A stretch of DNA of 56,907 nt, the filler included, from Platydemus manokwari (Eukaryota), in the NCBI GenBank assembly GCA_037951405.1. It is 5 parts of 5 records of this genome, joined end to end, with 100 filler letters (N's around TTAATTAATTAA, not from the genome) between each part and the next. Parts side by side here need not be neighbours in the genome. Positions count along the whole stretch, not along the records: positions 47,449 to 56,907 come from JBBMOY011246763.1; 4 more parts are not named here. The stretch is one strand, 5' to 3'. The notes under the pieces were generated by a model. That model was not told where the DNA came from, ran no database searches, and was given only the letters and a program-made list of their open reading frames with translations. This document shows positions 50,551 to 56,907 of the stretch, piece after piece; the stretch's first letter is position 1, and each line of letters opens with the position of its first letter. The translations under genes and the position numbers were made by a program.

Positions 50551-51099
50551 AGAATACTAAATCCGAGGATTGTAAATAAAAGTTTTATTCATGAGTAACA
50601 AAAAATGACAAATACACAAAATATCCTCTAGTGGTAACAACCTTCACAATAGAAATATCAATAAATAACACTCTCCTCTGACTACTACTGGTCATCATCC
50701 ATGTTTTAATTGTGATTTGTAGTCAAGATTTTGTGTACTTTATTCATAGTCGACTTTTATTTGTTGTACTGATTTCAATTAAAAATATTGATTTATGATA
50801 ACTGTGTGTGTATATATGGAGTCATGTATTTTACCAAATTGTAATTCTTTGTTCTATGTTGCTCACAGCTTGTCCGTTATCGTGCTTGTATAACTAAACA
50901 AGCATATTTGTATTTAAAATATAGAAGCAGGCCTTATAATGTGACAGGGATAGCTATTCTGTGTGAAATTCGTCTGCACTCATCATTAATAAAAATTTCT
51001 AAGTTGTTTCATTATTTATCCATATTGCCTATTTATCAGAACTATTTTAAGAAATAAAAATTTGAAGACTTTTTCACATAACGAATTTCCACTAGGAAT

Positions 51100-52450
51100 A
51101 CATTAAAAGGAAATCTTTACAAATCTCCCATAAAGTACTCTTATTTACAAGTAGACTTATTTAAAAGCCCATGGTTGACAAGGAAAATCGATGAAGGCGA
51201 TGTCGATGATAACTTGAGAGAAAGACCAATATTACAAGAAAAAACTATAAGATCAGCAACTTGTTTCATTAGTGGAGAAATATAATATGGCAAATTTTAA
51301 TATCCATTACCCGATAAATGATTTTTACGTGAAAGAAGGATGTGTTACTTAGTGAGGGTTCATTGGAAAGATCTATCTTGTAGAATCATATGTATTCACG
51401 AGAAGATCACTTAAATTAATAGAAGCGATTTTTATAATATAAATGAAATATTTACGTACAACAAGGACAACTTATAATGGAGGACTGGCAGAAATCTTAG
51501 TGTAATTCATGGATCAATTTATGTATATATAGATGATATGGAATTTGATATCTTCCAACATGATTTTGGAAAAGATGTTATGGGTGATTTATTATTAGAA
51601 TGCTTAGTTCCCAAAAAATATGAAATCTTTTCGAAGGTAAAGAGATACAACTTTATGAAAAATTTAGAAAAAGTATGTCATGACCAGGATATTGATAGTG
51701 TAGAATGATGGAAACGATAGGTGGCTAGTTTACCTGGAATCTAAAGCATGAATATTATCGCATCATCTAAATGAAGAACTGTGACAGATTTTATCTGGAT
51801 TATATCTAGAATTTCTATTACTGATCCGATTTGAAGAGGAATAATGTTCAGAAACGGGTTATTTATGTAAAATCGAAACTTTAGACAAGAAAGATCAACG
51901 ACGTAATTATACCGATTGAACCATTTGGACATTTTTCTAAATCCGAATCGATAGTTAATCGTTTCAGTTAGAATAATTATACTTTCATCAACCCCAAAGA
52001 CGTTCAAGAACCACTGAAATTATCGATTCCATGCATCAAATTAAATATTATCAGATTGTCGACATTTTAAAACAACGCAAAAAAAATTGTGCCAAATCTG
52101 TTAGATAAGTGGAGAAAAATCCGAAAATATATCGTAATTTTCTGGTAAATTCTCCTGGCGGATTATAAAAGCAATTCAAAATTCTGTGCTGGAAAAGTAA
52201 TCCTTTTTATGGTTTGAAGACAAATAAGTCGAGAGATTATAATCAAATCATTTAAGTTGCAAAAGCTCAAATAAAATAATCCACGGGGCTAATTTTCAGA
52301 AACATAATGCATAACGAAAAGGAAAAAAATTCTGCTCAATCGATGAAGAGATATTGTTAAGAAATGTTCATAAGTATCACGAGATATATGAGAACGTCTA
52401 ACAGGTGATTGAATTTATCAGTGTCCACCGATGCTGGTCTGATTTTTCTG
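51100..52450 (+). pseudogene. Possible decayed protein-primed family B DNA polymerase (Polinton/adintovirus-like)
   Basis: Relic motifs across frames: YEK/FRKVC....D....SLPGI (~51655-51742), I*RGI (~51830), KKILLN (~52322). Heavily disrupted. Confidence 0.3.
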
Positions 52451-54501
52451 ACCAACCAAATAATTCAACATTCTTCTGGCAGGCATTAATAATCCATAAT
52501 TAAAAATTTTATTAAAAATTTTATCTTTGTTAAAAGCTTTATTATCAATCAATATTTCAAATCATAAAAAAAATTAATTATGATAATGATAGACAATCGA
52601 GTAAAGAAGAGCTATTATTATAAAAGCTAAGAGTCAGTATATATGTAAATCTTTCATACACTGTTAACATTTACACAGCTCCAAAAATAGGTACAAACAA
52701 AAGCTGATGAGATAAATTCACATTAACTGATTAAGAGAATAAGATATACAAATTTACATCAATTGGTGCAATACTAAGAATGCTTTTATTGGTCTTTAAT
52801 TGATATTTATTATCATTTACTGAATGTTCAACGTATTCAACACTCGCTATTAATCTTTTTTTTATAAATTTGCAAAAGTTCATCATGAACATCAGAAATA
52901 ATTCATTTCAGTAATTCATTGAACTCGAGATTTTTCTAATTTTTGAAAATAACTACACACATCAATGAAACCATGACAACAATTGATTGGTCGGTTTAAT
53001 GGTGTTATCGATATGGTATCACAATTTGAAGCACTTCTAAATATTTTTTTGCATCATCACAAAGTCAAAGTAGTTACTTTGATCCCGACTTAATCAATAT
53101 TCGGCTTAATTTAAGAAAACAGATCTTTTGACCTGCTTTCGTTATAATTAATTTACACACATAAGGTAATGCTATAACTTAATTTTATATATAACTGCTG
53201 TTTTTATTTATTCATATAATTCAGTTAATATCTCATTTTTTAAGGTGTCTAATAGTGACAAACCATAGTTTTAAAACCAAGCTCCTATTCTAATGACAAC
53301 ACTTCTATCTGATTTTTGAGTTTTTAAATTTAAATTTTTATAATTATAAATCGAGTTAGTTTATAAAAGACATGTTTAATAATATCATTGGTTATTTTTA
53401 TAAAATAATTGTAAAAATTATGAGTATCTTTTAATTTACTTCTAATGTTAAAAATGGGATCCTCACTAATTTTCAATAAATTGCAATTTGACCTGTTTTG
53501 GTCCGTTTATCAAATAATAAAAAAAAAAAACAAAAACAAATATCTATTTAAGACAATGATTAGGAGATTTTTAACTCCTAATCTATTTAATATTTGATTT
53601 AAAACTACTAAAATTCTTTCAAAGCACTTAAATAAAAAATTCAAAATGTTTTTAATGAATATAATTAAATAAACTATATAGAATTTCGCAATACACTCAA
53701 CAATTTTAAAATTTTATTTTAGTATCCTTTTTAACTTTCGCCCGATATTCAAATTAAACAAAGAAAGGCCATGATATGTTGACGTCATCAATATGTAACT
53801 ACTTACTAAATCACTTTATTCATTTTATTATTTGTCAAAGTCATTTTAAAAGCCCTTGATAATTTGTCAAGAAAAAACCGTATTGATTAAATGACCATCT
53901 AATATAACAGAACCCACACTGTACGTAAAATATTTTTATGAAAAATCAACTATAACAACTAAGCTCTCAAATCATTTGATTACACACAGAATTGCTTAAT
54001 TGATTATGAAAAGAAACAGTAAAAATAAATGATGTACAAAACGCTTATATCAGATGGTTATAATCTTTCAATTTTGACTTCATCATAGTTTAATTCACAA
54101 GATAAAAGTACCGACAATTATAAATGTTTGCAAAAATTTAAAATTTCTATGCAACATGCAATCATAAATTTTGAAAATTACACAACTCTGTAATTTTATC
54201 GAAAGAAAAACTCTAATAAAATTTAAAAGAAATTTCAGCTTTAATCTGAAGATCTAAAGACATAAGTTTATATTTTTCTGTTAGCCATAAAGTTAATAGC
54301 AACCAAGGTTGGTGTCGGAATTGGAGTGACTCATTCTGCAATATTAATAACACCAAAATATTGACAGTTATAAATAATTCGTAGTGAGAGATTTTATGAC
54401 CCAATAAATAAGCAATAATTATTGATAAAAACCGATAAAAAATCAGGCAAATCAAAATTCAAATGATCCAAATTTTATTCAAAATAAAAATTTAATAAAA
54501 T

Positions 54502-56592
54502 CTAATCAACTTCTTCCATCTTTTCGGCATCTTCATCATCAGCAGATGGAGTCAATTCAGGTACAGATTCGATGATTGGTTCACTTTCTTCTTCATCAAT
54601 ACCCAAACCTAATTTGATCATTCTGTGGATTCTGTTTCCATGAACTTGTGGGTCTTCCAAATTGAATCCAGAGCAAAGGAGAGATGTTTCGAATAATAAG
54701 CAAACCAAATCTTTCACAGCTTTGTCGTTCTTATCGTTTTCGACTCGTTTCTTCAAAGACATGATGATAGAATGATCTGGGTTGATTTCCAAATGTTTCT
54801 TGGCAGCCATGTAACCCATGGTTGATGAATCTCTAAGAGCTTGAGCTTTCATGATTCTTTCCATATTAGCTGACCATCCGTATTGAGATGTGACAATACA
54901 ACATGGTGATGAGACCAATCGGTTTGAGACGGTGACTTTTTCTACTTTCTTGTCAAGAACTTCTTTCATTACCTTGCAGAGTGATTCGTAATCAGCAACT
55001 TGTTCTTCGAATCGTTTCTTTTCTTCTTCATCTTCAGGTAATTCCAAACCTTCTTTGGTTACACAGACCAATTTCTTACCGTCGTATTCTTTCAATTGTT
55101 GTACACTGTATTCATCGATTGGATCAACCATCAACAAAACTTCATAGCCTCGTTTAACCAATCTTTCAACAAATGCAGAATTGATGATAGTTTCTTTATT
55201 TTCACCAGTAATATAGTAAATGTCTTTTTGGTTTTCCTTCATTCTTGAAACATAATCTTTAAGACTAACCAATTCATCACCACTTGAGGTTGAAGCATAT
55301 CTCAAGAATTCTGATAATTTAGCACGGTTTACACTGTCTTCGTGGATACCGAGTTTAAGATTCTTTGAGAATTGTTCATAGAATTTATTGTAGTTTTCTT
55401 TGTCTTCCATGATTTCTTCGAACAATTCAATACATTTCTTGACAATGTTCTTTCGAACGACTTTCAAAATCTTGTTTTGTTGAAGCATTTCTCTGCTGAT
55501 GTTCAAAGGTAAATCTTCACTGTCAACAACACCCTTGATGAAATTCAAGTATTCTGGGATCAAATCTTCACAGTTGTCCATGATGAAAACTCGTCTGACA
55601 TACAATTTGATGTTGTTTCTCTTCTTTTTGTTTTCAAACATATCGAATGGTGCTCTCTTTGGACAGAAGAGAAGAGCTCTGAATTCCAATTGACCTTCAA
55701 CTGAGAAGTGTTTCACAGCCAAATGATCTTCCCAATCATTGGTCAATGATTTGTAGAATTCAGAATAATCTTCTTGACTGATATCATCAGGATTTCTGGT
55801 CCAGATTGGTTTAGTTTTGTTCAATTCTTCTTCATCGATGTATTTTTCTTTGATGGTCTTCTTTTTCTTTTCATCGGATTTTTCACCTTCTTCTTCATCT
55901 AAATCTTCAATCTTTGGTTTTTCTTCAGTTTCATCATCAGATACTTCAGTTTCTCTTTCTTTTTCAACAACCAATTTGATTGGATAGCCGATAAATTGAG
56001 AATGTTTCTTGATTATTTCTTTGATTTTCTTATCATCCAAGTATTCGGTTTGATCTTCTTTCATGTGAAGAATGATTTTAGTACCTCTTCCAATTGGTTC
56101 ACTGTCATCGTTCTTGATGGTAAATGATCCACCGGCTGATGATTCCCAAAGGTATTGTTCATCATCATTGGATTTGGTGATTACTTGAACTTTATCAGCA
56201 GCCAAGTAAGCTGAATAAAATCCAACACCAAATTGACCAATCATAGAAATATCAGCACCAGCTTGAAGAGCTTCCATGAAAGCTTTTGTTCCTGATCTGG
56301 CAATTGTACCGAGATTGTTGATCAATTCGGTTTTTGTCATACCAATACCGGTATCGTACAAAGTCAAAGTGTTGGCATCTTTATCTGGAATGATTTTGAT
56401 CATCAATTCTTTTTGGCTGTCCAAAACTGATGGATCAGTCAAACTCTTGTATCGGATTTTATCAAGAGCATCACTGGCATTGGAAATCAATTCTCTGAGA
56501 AAGATTTCTTTGTTGGAATAGAAAGTATTGATGATCAAGCTCATCAATTGAGAGATTTCGGCTTGAAAGGCAAATGTTTCAACGTTGTCCAT
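54502..56592 (-). CDS. HSP90: Cytosolic heat shock protein 90
   Basis: [69 protein letters not shown]-terminal MEEVD; intronless CDS. Confidence 0.99.
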   Translation of the reverse strand: MDNVETFAFQAEISQLMSLIINTFYSNKEIFLRELISNASDALDKIRYKSLTDPSVLDSQKELMIKIIPDKDANTLTLYDTGIGMTKTELINNLGTIARSGTKAFMEALQAGADISMIGQFGVGFYSAYLAADKVQVITKSNDDEQYLWESSAGGSFTIKNDDSEPIGRGTKIILHMKEDQTEYLDDKKIKEIIKKHSQFIGYPIKLVVEKERETEVSDDETEEKPKIEDLDEEEGEKSDEKKKKTIKEKYIDEEELNKTKPIWTRNPDDISQEDYSEFYKSLTNDWEDHLAVKHFSVEGQLEFRALLFCPKRAPFDMFENKKKRNNIKLYVRRVFIMDNCEDLIPEYLNFIKGVVDSEDLPLNISREMLQQNKILKVVRKNIVKKCIELFEEIMEDKENYNKFYEQFSKNLKLGIHEDSVNRAKLSEFLRYASTSSGDELVSLKDYVSRMKENQKDIYYITGENKETIINSAFVERLVKRGYEVLLMVDPIDEYSVQQLKEYDGKKLVCVTKEGLELPEDEEEKKRFEEQVADYESLCKVMKEVLDKKVEKVTVSNRLVSSPCCIVTSQYGWSANMERIMKAQALRDSSTMGYMAAKKHLEINPDHSIIMSLKKRVENDKNDKAVKDLVCLLFETSLLCSGFNLEDPQVHGNRIHRMIKLGLGIDEEESEPIIESVPELTPSADDEDAEKMEEVD

Positions 56593-56648
56593 GTCTGAAA
56601 ATATTTAATGATTATTCTGATTATTCTATTATTACTCAAATCGTTACC

Positions 56649-56747
56649 TTTTATATTAGTTTTCGTGAGAAATGCTTCTCGATGTTTATGAATTTAAACA
56701 AACGATGAAGGAACATTCTGGATGATCGTTTCAGAATTTTCTAGATT
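56649..56747 (-). promoter_or_regulatory. HSP90 promoter: heat-shock elements and TATA-like box
   Basis: gGAAc-aTTCt-gGATg (56710-56724) and aGAAt-tTTCt-aGATt (56733-56747); a weaker element at ~56668-56683; TATAAAAG on the minus strand at ~56648-56655. Confidence 0.75.
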
Positions 56748-56907
56748 AATTTTTATTTTAAATAAATATTGATTTTTCTTTGTTTACATTTTCCATAATT
56801 ATTGATTAATTTTTTGACTAATTAAGATTAACCATTAATATTCCTAATTTAATTGATTACCATAACACAGATCGATAATTTTTAAAATTAATTAAAATGA
56901 TAATTTA

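Noticed and set aside
55499-56521. Plus-strand ORFs inside HSP90 (and similar antisense ORFs in innexin, C9orf85, SENP and gypsy)
   Set aside because: Antisense shadows of real coding frames with no independent motifs.

Overview
This is a very AT-rich eukaryotic scaffold. Short 40-80 nt GT-AG introns, an innexin and a cytosolic HSP90 point to an invertebrate, most plausibly a planarian flatworm (inference). Contigs are joined by four 100-nt N spacers containing TTAATTAATTAA, plus one plain 100-N gap. Host genes are innexin, a C9orf85/DUF2039-like zinc protein, a divergent UBE2D-like E2, the 3' exons of a pentameric ligand-gated ion channel (including a 19-nt micro-exon), a Ulp1/SENP protease, CLPTM1, two orphan genes, a divergent ubiquitin-like protein, a prominin-like 3' end and HSP90 with heat-shock elements. 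Mobile DNA includes a decayed ~6 kb Ty3/gypsy element with a tRNA-Trp PBS, a restriction-like-endonuclease non-LTR remnant, a hAT MITE and transposase relic, a palindromic MITE, a dispersed repeat pair and possible pPolB relics. The most notable item is the gypsy element's gene order. The C-terminus of a chuvirus/gB-like envelope glycoprotein appears to sit between gag and protease (gag-env-pro-RT-RH-IN), and an extra accessory ORF follows the integrase.
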